A stretch of DNA of 64,000 nucleotides from Halocafeteria seosinensis (taxonomy: Eukaryota): the NCBI GenBank assembly GCA_001687465.1, contig LVLI01000386.1, forward strand, positions 62,001 to 126,000, read 5' to 3'. Position 1 is the stretch's first letter; every line of letters begins with the position of its first letter. Positions 38,401 through 51,748 of the stretch are shown piece after piece. The notes beneath the pieces are model-generated. The model was not told the origin of the DNA. It did no database searches and was given only the letters and a program-made list of their open reading frames with translations. The position numbers and the translations under genes are program-made.

Positions 38401-41400
38401 CGTGGAAGGCTGGAAGAAGCTAAAGAAGATCGGCGGATTGCCTCCAACCTGTCTCTTCAGCAACACATTGCTGAGGTTCAAGAGCTCTTGGAACAACTAG
38501 AGAGCTTGGCTGAGGAAACGAAGTCTATATTACAGAAGCATCCCGCAGACATCTTAGTCGAGAAGTCTCTCAATACTCAAAGAGAGAAATCCAAAGCGGT
38601 GTGTAACTCACTGGGCTACTCTTTCACTAACGCTCAAAGACAAATGTCTACGCTCTTGTCTGTATATGAAGATTTTTTGGAAACCTACGATTTTTATAGC
38701 AAAATTATGGGGAAATCGCTTGAAGTTCTGGATAAGGCAAAAGAGGCCATCTCGGAATGGCGTGATCAATTCTTTTGCGTAGGTGTTGTTTTCCCTAACC
38801 CCCCGCATAACTCGCAAAACTCCGAAGATTGGCTATCTTTTTTGGAGGAACTAAGGGCTACCTATGGTGCCGATAGTATTATTGTTCCTCCTTGTGAGAC
38901 TATTGCTCGCTCATGCCGAGAGATCATTGCGAAATCACACAGCAACACATCACCATGGGATGAGTTAGCGAAGTCCCTGAAGCGTGAGATTGAGAGGAAC
39001 AATGATGCTGTAAGGAATGGGTCTGATCTCATCAAGACTGATACCAAAGTCAGAGCGAGTGTACTCCGGCTTTTCCACGTGTCCATTGTTTTGCTAGACG
39101 CAGTTGAATCCAGCTTAAAACAGGTAAATCAGAGAGTGGAGAAGATATCCGCAGAAATTATCCCTTTGTTTATGCGCCACCTTCCCGAAATTGAGCCATT
39201 GTCGGCTCTCCAACGCGTCCACTCTGCGTTACGCAATTCTTTGGAACGGTTATGGGGGGAGGCGTTCCCATGCGCGGAATTAGACACACGGATAAGATCC
39301 ATATTTAGTATGTTTTCGTCAATGCTAGATGCAGATGTCAATGACTATCAACTGCTGAAAACAGAGCTATTTGGTTCCCATGGAAAGGGTCTACCGAATC
39401 TAGCTGTTGTCACTACTGCTCAACTGGAGGAAGTAGTGAAGAAATTTCGGGGAGATTCTCTCCGAACAATTTACTCTAAGGCTTATGCTGAGCTGACGAG
39501 AGATAAAGGAGAAGCAGACACTACAAATATTTGGCGCATCTCCCTTGATTTTATAGGCTTCGATGAATTGGATGCTGCGGACAACGGATGCTCCGAGTCT
39601 GTCTCTGACTTCCTAAATTCCGACGTTTTTGCAGTCATGCACTCAGTTGTCTCCTGTAACAGAAGCTGTATGGCGTGTGAATCCGCGGAACAAAATAGTC
39701 GAATCATTCTCCAGGGAGTTCATGACAACCTTGAATCCTCTTGCAATACGCTTTCTCAGTCTGTAGAAGAATTTTCGGATAAAGCTTCGCAAATAACGGC
39801 GCGAGTGGCCGAAGCTAAAAGCGTATTACATAGGGGGAAAATCGATTTAGGTTCGATAATCGACGCTGAAGCGACACGGCGGCGAGATTCGGAACAACAG
39901 GCAGTGACGGCATTACACTCAGAGCAAACAAGTGCTTCAACAACTCTTCAGCAAGTGCTTGAAGCTTACCCATATTCAGACTCCAACCGAGAATACATCG
40001 CGAATCTTGTGTCTGTATTATCTAGCCGTCAAGTTGGACATGAGGATATGGCGCACTGGTTGTATAGCTTCGGTGCGGAGGGAAAAAACGAGAAAGGGTA
40101 CCATTTAGCCTTGCGTCTCTTCTCTTGCATTCATCACCTAGGGACTACAATAACGCAGTTTCTGAGTTCGCGAAACGATGATGCACTGAGAGCTCTCAAT
40201 GAGTATTTTTCAGAACTAGGCCGAATTGTTCCAGCGGCTCTAGGGGTTCATCGGGACCTTCGAAGGCTTCATGCTTCGAGTCAGTCGTCCACAGAACGGC
40301 TACGCGAAGCTTGCGAGGAAAAAGTGAGCCGATTATTTGATTGGCCCGGCCGTTTGCGACAACTAGGCCAAAGTCTACCGTCTCATCAAGCAAAATGCCT
40401 TTGGGGGTTCTTGCTCGCGAAGGACTTTGCATCTTTGCAAGATTCTTTCCACTTGGGTACAGTGACCAAAATGCATCCTCTGGAGGATAACCAATGCCCC
40501 ATTGTTGAGCTGGAAATTGCCTGCCGCCATGCAATCCCTTATTGTAACATACTTAGGAAGCAAACAATGGACTCATTGATGGAACAAGCCGAAAAACATG
40601 CATCTTCATTCTATCGTGCTTTACAGGAGTTAGCATCGGACGTGGAGTCCGCAGAGACGGCCCGGCGGGAACACCGACAGCAGTTACAAGAGCTATTGTC
40701 TCGATTCGAGTCGCTACAGACTTCCGTTTTTAACATTGAACGCTTTCTGGATTCCCCATTCAACAACCAAGGAGAAATTTTCAGGCGTACATACCGGGGG
40801 AGCTTGCAAGGCGCTATGGAAGTGTGTGCTTTATTGAACTTAAATTCCAGCTCCCTTGCGGGAGAAAATACTGGACTAGAGAGCAAAGAACTGAAGCGTA
40901 TCGAGACCTGTCTGTCAAAGACGCTGAATATCCTTCGCAATGACATGTCTCACTTTGAGGAACAGCGCGAAGAAACGAGAGCAGAGCACGACGTGAACTG
41001 GCTAACCGATTACTTGTCCGACAGTGATACCGATAGCACGTATTCGACTGAATCAGAAGAACCGGACGGTGAGCAAGAGCTACTGTCTGCTCCAAATCGT
41101 TCAGCTAATGAAGAAGACTCGCCAGACGGGGCGTCCTCCCACTATATTGTGTCGATGATTGACGTCTTTGAGAACATGTATGATGCTTGCAAGGATGGCG
41201 TAGTTTCGGAGACGGGCTATTTTCCCGACTACTTCCGGATGAAACTAAATACGAAGCTCTTCGGTGTTGTTGCGGGAGTAGCTTCACCCTCGCAAATCTA
41301 CGAGTGCTTTGAACGGTTCCAGCGCAATCTTCAGGTTCTTGAGACATTGGTTAAAACTTGCGAGGAAGACATCCAACGATCTCTAGAGGATGCTTCCCAT

Positions 41401-43383
41401 CTCCAAGAGCTACTTGCCCCAATGATGGAAGATCCCGACAAGTTGCTCATTGACACTTCTTCTGTGTATCGGGAGCCTCTCATTTTGTATCGACGGCCTC
41501 AGGAAAATAGAGCATTCCAAGGTTACCTGGGTGGTGTCCGTTCCTACCTCTGTTCCGTGCAAAATGTGCTCACAAGGCGGTCAGGTGTTGTAGAGGATGC
41601 GGCAGAAGTTCATGTTCCAAAGTCAGTTGCAAATACATTTGCTGCTATATGGTATGGCTTCGGTCCAGACAGACCGATACTCCTTGCGGGGGAAGCAGCC
41701 AAGGAGATGAAGCGAATTGTTCGAAAGAAAATGCGGTTTTTATTGAGGGCTATTCATCATGGCAGTATACGTTTTCAAGGAGTTCCAGCAAACAGGAAAC
41801 CCGTAGATGAACGTAGCTTAAGAAAGAAGCGAAAATTTGACAGACTACAGAAACTACTTAGACCAATCCAGACCAGAGATATACCATTTTTGAGGAACAA
41901 CGGAGACCCTCTCGGTATTATGCTATCAATGATGGAAGATTGGAGCAGAAAGGAGGAGGCGAAGGAACAGTCTAATGAAGCAATGGGTCTAGCAAAGCAT
42001 TGCATGCAACTGCAATTCCAAAATGCTGTCCCTATCTCAGGCACTATGAGCTCAGAATTTGATGCACTCTGTCCTGCAGCGGATTCTGCTTTTTCGAAAG
42101 AAAACATTAAGAAAATCAGTGTAAGCTATGATCTCTGTGACTCTAATTCTGTGAAAGAATGCTCCCATGATTCAACATTTTTTATGACCCTAGAGCTATT
42201 CCATATTAAGCGTATCACCTCGTCCTTAGCGGACATTGTTTGTAGTCTGTACAACGAGCACAGTTCCGTGGAGCAGCGGACGCGCGCAAGAATTGATGAG
42301 GTAATCGATGAATGCAATACCGAATTGTTTACTCTGTCTGAAACCCCGGAGCTTAATGAAAAAGACATACGTCGACTCCATGATGCAATCAACGACTTGC
42401 AAGAGAGATACGGATATCTAAGGGACACCGTATTGGAGTTGTTGAATGCACAAGAAGCGGAAAAACGCAGGCGGGTGGNACATATTATCCAAAGCTCATG
42501 CACTGAGATGGACATGCTTGCTAGGAGACTAACTTCCTTAGTGGCGTCATTAACTAGCGATGAAACCACTGAGGTTACTCCTGCCGTGTTAAATGAGACT
42601 GAACTGATATCGTCTCTGTCTACGTCTATCAGAGAGACATCAGAGCTACTAAACAAGAGTTGGGAACGTTCGTGTTTATTGGAAGGTATCAGTTGTGTCG
42701 AGAGTGTCGAATTTAGCTTGAACCGATGCAAGGAAATTGTCACCGGGGTTTTGGAGAGGACCGAATACAAATATTCTGGTGATATGAAAGAATTGTATTC
42801 ACCATTGATTCAGAGAAATCCTTCGTCCCTGGGATTCGTGCGACGGGTACAAACGCTCAAGAGCAGCATGGGAAATTCGGAAAGCGTGCTGGAACGTTCT
42901 GAATCGTACAGGAAACAGAACCAGGAGAGCATTAACGGTAAGGTGGAGTGGCTTAGAGTGATTCACGGAAAGTTGGACTCTACTCTTTGGAACTCGAATC
43001 AAGCTATTGGGACCCTTCAAACCCTCCACCAGCAACTCATGCGAGAGCATGATGCACGGCGACTTTCACAGAGATCGCATCAGAACACCGAATTTCATCA
43101 AACACTGCCATTGCCGCCTCAGGTTCACTCCTGTAATCAACCAGGAAGTGAGGGTGCGCACACCTCGAGTTCAAAAAGCTTGTCACCAGGTTCACCGAAT
43201 CGAGAGGATAACGCGAGGGAAGTGGACGTACCGCTGACCCAATTTAACCTAGAAGAAAAAACTCGTCGCAGTAGGAGTAGCTGCTCTCCACAGTCGCTGG
43301 TGTACGTAATGGAAAAGTACAGACAGTATTATGGGGATCCTCTTGATTTCAGCCACAAGAACTGCAAACACAGGCCAAAGTAA
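35444..43383 (+). CDS. Myosin heavy chain (motor, ~2 IQ motifs, ~1650-aa unassigned helical tail)
   Basis: IALNPFK, P-loop GESGAGKTE, switch I NDNSSRFGKF, switch II ILDIYGFE, FARCIK, and IQ-like IQSQFRCY and LQAYYRG. Confidence 0.92.
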
Positions 43384-43464
43384 GGTATTAAAGAATCTTG
43401 CTCCGATGTGCATTTGTTCGTGTGAGCTGTCGAAATGTCGATAGCACAAAAGACATACTATACC

Positions 43465-45121
43465 CTAAGGATCCAATGATGAGGTCCTATCCTGCGTTTC
43501 CTCATCTCGGTCGTCGTCAGGGTCTAGTAATGATCCCTCTTCAGCAGAAGAAGGAGTCTTGGGACTTGTCGCCTCCTTTTCAGCGGTTGCTGCGGCATGA
43601 ACAGCTTTGTGGCTTTTATCATGTTTCATCTTTGCCATGTTATAGCAAAATACTCCGGACACGGCAAGGCACACACCGAGGAAACTTTGAACATTCCACA
43701 AACCAAAATAGAACATCCCACTGGAAATCAGCACAAGCCTCTTCATGGTATTGACAATAGTAAAGCTCAAGTGTGTGACCAAGCTAAGCAGCATATAGGA
43801 CGACAAAGATGACAGATACTGCACTGTCGAACAAACGAAAAACGGCATGGCCAGCTGTAACGTGTCCGTCGTGAACGCCACGAAGAAGAATTGATAGACA
43901 ATCAGGGGAATCATAATTATGAGCGAAGCAATCGCACACCACATATGCAACTCAAAGAAAGTGAAATGTTCGCTATCCATCACTCGCTTCGTATAGATAT
44001 TCTGAAGCACCTTCGCCATTGCTGAGGTAGTGGCGGCGAGGAATCCAAAATGCTGCTAGGTAACATACATACATACCCAATGCAATGAGGAAGAATTATG
44101 CGCGTCGGCCGACTTACGTTGTAACTGATTTCTGAGATAGAGGCAATTGCCACTCCAGCCGCAATGGGTATCAACGATACGTTCACAGTAAATGGTCGTA
44201 CTTCCCCAAAAAGAAGAGCAGCAAGCAGTACGTTAAAAATGGGCTCCGATGCCTGTAAAGAGCATATCACATTTCACAACTCGTTACATACATATTACAC
44301 AAGTTTAGCATTCCAACAAACAAGCATACCTTCGCCGTGTGAGTCAACGACATTGATACATAACCAAAGCTGAGGTACGTCGAAAACTTGCCGAGGACTA
44401 TAAAGACGCTTAGAGGCGCGTAGACTCGAAAAATGTTCCAGAAGCCTACTGGTCGTTTGGCGTGCTCCCGAGGCTGCTGACGCTGAACAATGAACCCTGT
44501 AACGGTAAGCAAAGCCGCAATACCGTAAAAAAATTACAAAGACAAGTGGTATGGATAGATGCGGCTGATACTTACAGTCAATGGCCAACGCATACGCAAT
44601 ATGCCAAAACGTAAGCATCGTTGGTGATGCATGGTGATCATCCACCAGCTGCTTGTTCATGATATTTGCCATGACCGACGACACATAGAAGAAGACAACC
44701 CAGAGCAGGATCTGTGGGAAGGTGCCGAGAATAAATTTGAAACCGACGCCTGTCGCAAGTCAATCAAAGTAATATTCAAACGTACCATAGTTGTAGAATC
44801 CCATGCAAAGCAATTTTTCCTTGACCACTGAAGCACGGTGGTCACCAAAGAAGCATTTGGGTCCTGGTGCTCATGGTTATATTCCCCGGGTGTGTATAGT
44901 GCGGGATCCTTCTCCTTACCGCTGCCATATTCTCGATCCCAACTACCTTGGGCTTTCTCGAGTTCTTCTCCTCCGTTTGGATTGTTGTTCGACATGTGAT
45001 GCCTTCGGACAAATTGATTCGATCCCATGTCGGCAGAAGACGAAGTGGAGCTCTGATTCCCCCCTTCTGACATTGATGGTTGCAACCTGGTTCTTCGGGG
45101 CACTGTGCGGCTGTCGTCCAT
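43465..45121 (-). CDS. Triose-phosphate/nucleotide-sugar transporter family protein (SLC35E-like), multi-exon
   Basis: NIMNKQL, SLTHTAK|ASEPIFNVLLAALLFGE, LQNIYTK and THLSFTIVNTMKRLVLI are typical TPT-family motifs. Confidence 0.88.
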
Positions 45122-45750
45122 CCACTCGATCTAACAGAATACCCAAGGTCGCGCCTCACCTCACGAACGCAGGAAGAAAAAGACTCACACGGCGGCCAAA
45201 TGCGCGTATACTGCCTGTATACTTGCTATAGAGAGGTGTCTCTTGTGGTGACCCCTGGACCAAAAGCTGTCGTTTACTTGAATATTTCAATGAATCCCCG
45301 TACGCTCTCTTTTCCACAACACGGACGTGGTATCAATGAATCAATACAAGAAGGAAAGCGTCTTTCCAACGAGCTGTACTGGCACTGAATAGATTTCTTC
45401 TGTGTGCGAGACAACAGTGGAATATGCGTTAAGACAAACCCCTTATTTTCCCTTTTTCAGAGGTACTCACCTACTCCAGCGGTTGCCCAACACATGCACC
45501 ACACCACAATCACCACTCTAGTGCTGCTCGTCTATCGACGATACGCTCTATACTGCCACTGGGGGCCATCGAATGACAGTTTTGCTTGCTCATCAAAGTC
45601 GACGAAATGATTGTACGCTACGTAGAGGTTCGTCCGTTCATTCACCAGGGTGGCATTGCATTCCCTGCTGGAATTGATAGCATAGCAGTGGTACAAATTC
45701 GAAAATTGGTAGCATTATTGGTACGAGTGAGCGAAGGAGAGGACGGCAAG

Positions 45751-46874
45751 ATGTCGCTCTTAAAATCGTCCGGCGGCGTGGATATGCGCGCTTCCCTCCG
45801 GAAGCGCGTGGTGGATTTGTATCGACAAATGTGCCGGAATGTGCCCAATATGCTACAGGTAAGTACCCTCCTGATGGTCTCCTGAGAGTGACCGAGGCAG
45901 TCATTACCCTCTTGGGTGGATGCAGATCTATGGACTGGGGCAAACACCGCATGAAATTCGTCATATCATTGGTCTCAAGTTCCGAAAACATGCCCATGTC
46001 CGGGACCCTCGGATCATTGAAATGCTTATTGCCAAGGGAGAAATGGAGATGGAAGAGACAATGATGCAGTGGAAGCAAAGAGGCCATGTCGTTGGTACGT
46101 TATTGAGTTAATGCTTGTGTCTCAAGTGCTCTGCTTTTCTACCTTTTTGTGGGGGGGGGCGCAGATATGTTGGACCTGAATCGACACAATGTCCTTTCGG
46201 ACCAACAAAAGAAGTCCATTGTGGACGATCAATGGTGGATCTCTGCTATGCTTGAGACTTTAGAGTCTCAGTATTTTGGACAAGAAAAACTGGACGAGAA
46301 CGTGGCTCGGAGGATCGTGGATCAAGCTCAAAATACGGAGCTGGGAGAGGTCCCTGGTCAACAACTGGCTCCAGCAAGTGGTCCTCAGATGGAGAGATAC
46401 TACCAGCAACAACGAACCGGGGAGAACCAATTTTTGGATAGATTTCTAACCGGCACGGAGAGAGATAACCCATCTAGCGAAAACTCTCGAATGACGAACC
46501 ATACGATACCTGACGACTTGAAACAAATAAGGGAGCGAAATAGACAGGGCAAAGCGACGAGAGAACAACTCCGACAGGGTCTTCTTCAGGAAGCAGCCGA
46601 TCAGCAACAAGGAGAAGGTCCTTTTATTCGACCACCGAAATCTACTGAGAACAAGGATCTGCCGCTGTGGATGGCAACAAAAATACATTATCCCTGGATA
46701 GACCAGTCCATTGACCATAACGATCCTCGCGTGAAGGCTTTCACAGAACAAACAAAGGATGAACTTGAATATACATATAAAGAACAGCAAGCAGATGATC
46801 GATTTGGCGAACGAGTGATTGAGGATAAGAAGAGTCAGATGGCGGATGCATACCGCTTTGGCAGAGCGTACTGA
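45751..46874 (+). CDS. NDUFA6: LYR-motif complex I subunit B14/NDUFA6-like with long C-terminal extension, 3 exons
   Basis: RVVDLYRQMCRNVP...|IYGL...KFRKHAHVRDPRIIEMLIAKGEMEMEETMMQWKQRGH matches NDUFA6; spliced in frame to exon 46165-46874. Confidence 0.8.
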
Positions 46875-46877
46875 GCG

Positions 46878-49518
46878 TCACCTAGGAAAGTCTTTCTCTT
46901 CAGATAGAAAATCAGTTAGCGCCAGCAGTCTCGCCCAATTCGTTTGGTGGAATGGATAAACAACATTCTCTTCAATGAGCCTTAACACCTCGAGCAACGC
47001 GCTGTCGAACGTACAAGACAGCGCCAACAAATTTAATGCTTGCGTATCCAGTAACCACTCGTTGTCTTCGTCTTTGTCCGTCCACGCACTCTTGCTTCGC
47101 AAGTGTGGATACGCTAGCATTCTAATCTCAGGAATCGTAATCTCATCCAGCCTAGTCGAAAACGGCTGTGCAGTTTCTGTGCAAACCTGGTTGTGGGACA
47201 TGAGAGCAGCCAGTAAGCTCTCCCTAGTTGTCGCTCCCACGTTGATTTGAAGGGGACTTCTCGGGTCTATGAAGCTCTCATAGATACTGTTGGCTTGTGT
47301 GAGTAGGGCACCCACTGTACTTGCGTTTACATGCGCGGTATATCGCTGTTCCGCACCCTCAATTGAGTTTCGTGGAGGGGAATTCTCGCTCGGCGTGCAT
47401 ACAGACATTGAATTGGTTTCGAGAGTTGAAACATCGTTTTCAGTGCATTGAACTCTCGCGCCAAGGTTCTGTTGTATCCCTTCATATCCCGATTCTGAGG
47501 ATTCATTTTGGTCCTTCGATTCGAATTGTGGGTCCAGTTGCGACGCAAGAATATACTCTCTGCTGTGACTTAGCATATTGCAGCTTACAACGAAAAGCTT
47601 TTTGGACTGATAGTGTACCGGTATTTCTGAATGCCTTGTCGACTCTCTGCGATAACGTTGGAGTACTTTCTTCCGGGTGTACTGATACTTTGAGATAGCA
47701 ATTAAGACCACCAGACATTGTCTCTTGAACTCTCTCACGGCCACGAAAAAGTCAAGCAGTTCAGGACACGATAGTGTTCGCGAATACACTCTTAATAGGT
47801 GCAATGACATGTGGTTAGTCACGAGTCGTTGGGTAGGCCAATTCATTTTCACCTCTTGCGGGGAAACGAACCTCAGCAGATCCTTCATATCCGGTGTCCG
47901 CTGGCTCCCTTGGAAAGAAGCGAGCTTGAATACCAAGGCCCTATATGAGCTGGAGCGAGGATTCGGTCTGGCCGTTTCCAACCAGTAGCGACAAAGCAAC
48001 GTTCCCAGTTCAATCAATTTGCGCTCACTTCTTCGGAATTCCTTTTTTAGGTTAGAACTTTTCCATTTAACCCCCAAACGGCTCAACTTTATCTCCAGTG
48101 TCTCATTTTGATCATCCAACCTATTAAGGCTCATGTCAGCACTGCTAAAGATCGTTTCTTGCGTAGAGATACACTCTAGCAAGCTTGCTTCCAACGATGC
48201 AGCGATTACCTTCATGTAACCGCCCTGCGGTTTCTGGAATATTCGAAGGGATTGTTCGGTGAATCCCAACGAAAACCACGAAGGAAACTCTGCAAGCAAA
48301 TTCTTTTCTATGAACTACAAGATTAGGCAAAACCAAGTTGACTACACCTTACCTGCAGGAATGAATAACATGTTTTGGTCTTTCTCAGAGGGTGCTGTGC
48401 GCGCTAGAACTTTAACCTTGTCCATGAGATGTCTTTGGGGCAGGAATGTTTTCTGGTTGACCGCTAGACTCTCCTCGATTGGAGAGATAGCTACTTTCTT
48501 AGACCACGCTTTCTTCCTTATCCAAGAGCTAAAACTTTGATGCAAGCTAATAAAATGAATTATTACTATCAAATAATGAGCGGGGAAGTACCACCGTTGT
48601 CTCCTGAATACATAACGGTTGCTAGCGCTGAGCCTCATGTAGACGACATATGTGACCCCAATCGTTCCCCATAGGATCAACCAGACTTTCATTCTTTTCT
48701 TAACATTGCGAATATTCTGAATGTTATGCCTGAGTAAGAAAGCGAAAGCAATAGCGTTCAGTCTGCGGGGACCAACAGAGTAACGGGTATGCTGAACTTC
48801 AGCAGCTGCAGTGAAGGCACACGCAGTGTCACGCACAAATAGTGAAGTAGCATTAAAAGAGAGGAATAAGGCCACGGGTCATTGAAGAGCCAACACGAAA
48901 TATTCTGCAGCAAGTGTCTCCAATGGGAATCAAACCTGTGATCAAGGGCGGAGTGTTTGGAAAACGTACATCTTCGTTTCTAGAGCTGGCGGCCAACGAG
49001 GAACTCAGAGCCAGAGACGTGCAAAACACGATTCCGGGAATCCTGCAGTGCCCAATAACAACAAACGAGAATACGACGTAGAGTCACCATGAATGTTGAT
49101 CTGAGGATTACATTTTGCCTTTGTGTCTCCGCTCCTGCTGCGAAACGATCCATATGGCTTCCATTGCAAGAGGCAGTGCATATAGTGGTGGTGTTGCATA
49201 ACCAAGAGTCCGTAGAAGAGTACACTGGCTCTGTTTGTCACGGGAGTAGCCTAAGAAGTGGCGAAAATACTCGTCGAGGTGAAGAAAGATAATTGTGATG
49301 ATGCTGATGGCGTTTGGACAAACTCCGAATACTACGCGCTCAGTGTTACAATGGAAACGTCTTCTCGCTGGAGTGGGTACCGAACTTGTCAAAAATGTTA
49401 CGACAAAAATTGACAATACGACGACGAAATAGCAGCTAAACAGTAATCCACTGCAAATAGCAAGAATCTTGGCAAACTCATTGCTGCTGGTGTCGTCTAC
49501 GTCGTTGGAGGAACTCAT
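46878..49518 (-). CDS. Seven-transmembrane RGS-domain protein (7TM-RGS), multi-exon
   Basis: Seven hydrophobic segments after splicing. RGS motifs CPELLDFFVAVREFK, IYESFIDPRSPLQINV and FDSALLEVLRLIEENVVYPF. Confidence 0.75.
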
Positions 49519-50149
49519 GGCTTTCGCCAAGCTTCAGTAGCGTGAGCCAATCACCAACTGCAGCAGTGTGCCCGATGATAATGGTCTCTACATATTCTCC
49601 TGGAGGATACAAATCTTAAATAATCGTTCTGATGGTACACAATCGAACAACATAAACCAAGACCGATCACTGTGAAACTTGCTTGAACACCACAGATGCT
49701 TTGGAGTTGGCCACGTGCCACGCAATCGTTAGCATCTTCAAGGAAGGCATCACCACTAGACGAAGCTTACTTGACACAGATTGGACATTATCAATAAAGA
49801 CTAGTCCAGGAATATATTTTTAACCTATGTGGCAGCGTCTGATATTGTATATCAGACACCAGTCTACCAAGAGCTCCAGGATCAGGGTTTAGACTTCAAC
49901 CCCCTTGTTCCGAATATCTCTGGATCTCACACCCAACTACTAACAAGAATGGCAAAATTTCACTAATTTACGAGAGATTCCTCGTATTCGTGCGCCCTGC
50001 GACACGTAGTATCCAGAGTGAGAGGTGGAGCTTGGGTGTAGAGCTAGCTGTCAACGCGCTGACGTCACGGCCTTACATCATCTGCCAGAGTCATCCGAGT
50101 CGAACACGATTTCCCGGTGTTAAAACTTAAGAAAAACGTAGGGCTTGCA

Positions 50150-51000
50150 GCTCCGAGAGAATGGCCTTGTTGGTTACCCCGCGACCCACAAGAAGACTAT
50201 CGAGACCAGCTCATCGTAAATAGGAATCCCTGGAACTGGTCGAGGGCACCAGCATTCGCAAATAACACTCGTTGCACAGTCCTCCATTGAAGCTACGCTG
50301 TATGAGCGTCACAAATGGAGGGTTTTGTGGCTTCTACGCGCGGGAATACTTTATCCTGCAATGCAGCCTTTTTCCTCTGTTCCTATAAGACGCACACACT
50401 TCGGATTGGAACTTGCGCATGCATTGCCCGGCACTCAGTTTGCCCCCAGTACGGCTGCAGCTCAAAAGGTCCACAGGGAATACAGTTCTGGTACCAAGTT
50501 CCGCTATACGTCCCCGGAGGACATGTTACACAGTGAAGTTGGTCTCTATTTGGAACGGTGCCGACATCGCAGGTACAACGTTGTACGGCATTCTGTTTCA
50601 GTAGAATTTGAGACTTGATACCGCGCATATGGTACGCAGCTGCTTTGCACACTGTTTGGTACCATCCCAACACCGCACAGACAACATTTTGTTTCGGTGT
50701 AATTGGACGCTTCGTTGCGTGCGCACGGTAGGCAGTTACTTTGTACAGCATTGGGTCTTTCCCCCTCGCCACGGGCACGGGATTCCGGGTGTGACTGGTT
50801 TGCTACTTTGTAAGGCAAACAGTCGTCGCATTGGGTTACATTTTCATTCGCAGATCGGCCCTTGCCACAAAACATACAAAACGAAAGATCTGCTGCATTA
50901 TGCGCGGTACTAAAGAGAATGCCGGGACCACATTTCCCTTCAGAGGCGCCAGGGTTTTCGAACAAGTCTCTGCAAGGTCCTTATTGTTGTCGTGCCGCCT
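50150..51000 (-). pseudogene. Decayed cysteine-rich repeat (GCC2/GCC3, ephrin-receptor-like) surface protein fragment
   Basis: Repeats CMFCGKG, CDDCLPY, CLPCARN, CCLCGVG and CVTCPPGTYS...CIPC...GQTEC are split over different frames, with stops downstream. Confidence 0.6.
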
Positions 51001-51748
51001 AAGAGCGTCGCGACGGCAAAATCACGTACAAGCTTCGAAGGCTGCTCAGGTTGCGAAAAACGTTCACCGGGATGAATGTCAAGGAGCTTGCCCGAAGGTT
51101 CCTGTTAACCCACAGAAAAGTACACGTGCGTAATATGTGTTGTTTGGGAACAACTTAGCAGCGTATGTACAGGGTACGAAGGTTTTCCAGCCCTTCGAAG
51201 AGGCCACTCGGCAGCGAAATAAGGGGATTTACGGGTCGGTTTCTGTGGTACGTATCATGAGCTGTTATCGACAGCGCTTGTTTCGGACAGATCGCTCTTG
51301 TACTTACATATCCGGTGTGCCAGCGATTACATATTCCAGACCACAGACGCGCATATATATACTACTATCTGCTTGCCACTGGCCACCGTCTAACACCCAC
51401 GCCCCAGAGAGGGAGGAAGACAGGCTCAAGGGGTATTCGAATCGCTATAGACTAATTCTCGGTTGGCAGGTATCTCAATGTTCGGTAGTGTCCACAAGAA
51501 ATCGCCGATACGTTTACAGTTTTCGATCGCCATGGCCTCAGCGGAGTCTTCTATAGCATAATAGCAGTTGCGGGCATAGTTTGCCTTGCAACTCGCTTCA
51601 CGCGTGAACTCCGTCAGTTTGATTCCTATTGCTGTGCTAGGGAGTGATACACGGCAGAGTAATCGCTTGTCCTCGTCTATATATAGACTAGTGTCCGTAT
51701 GTTCTTCCAGTGCCTGCTGTACCCTGTTCATCGGATGTGCTGCTTTGC

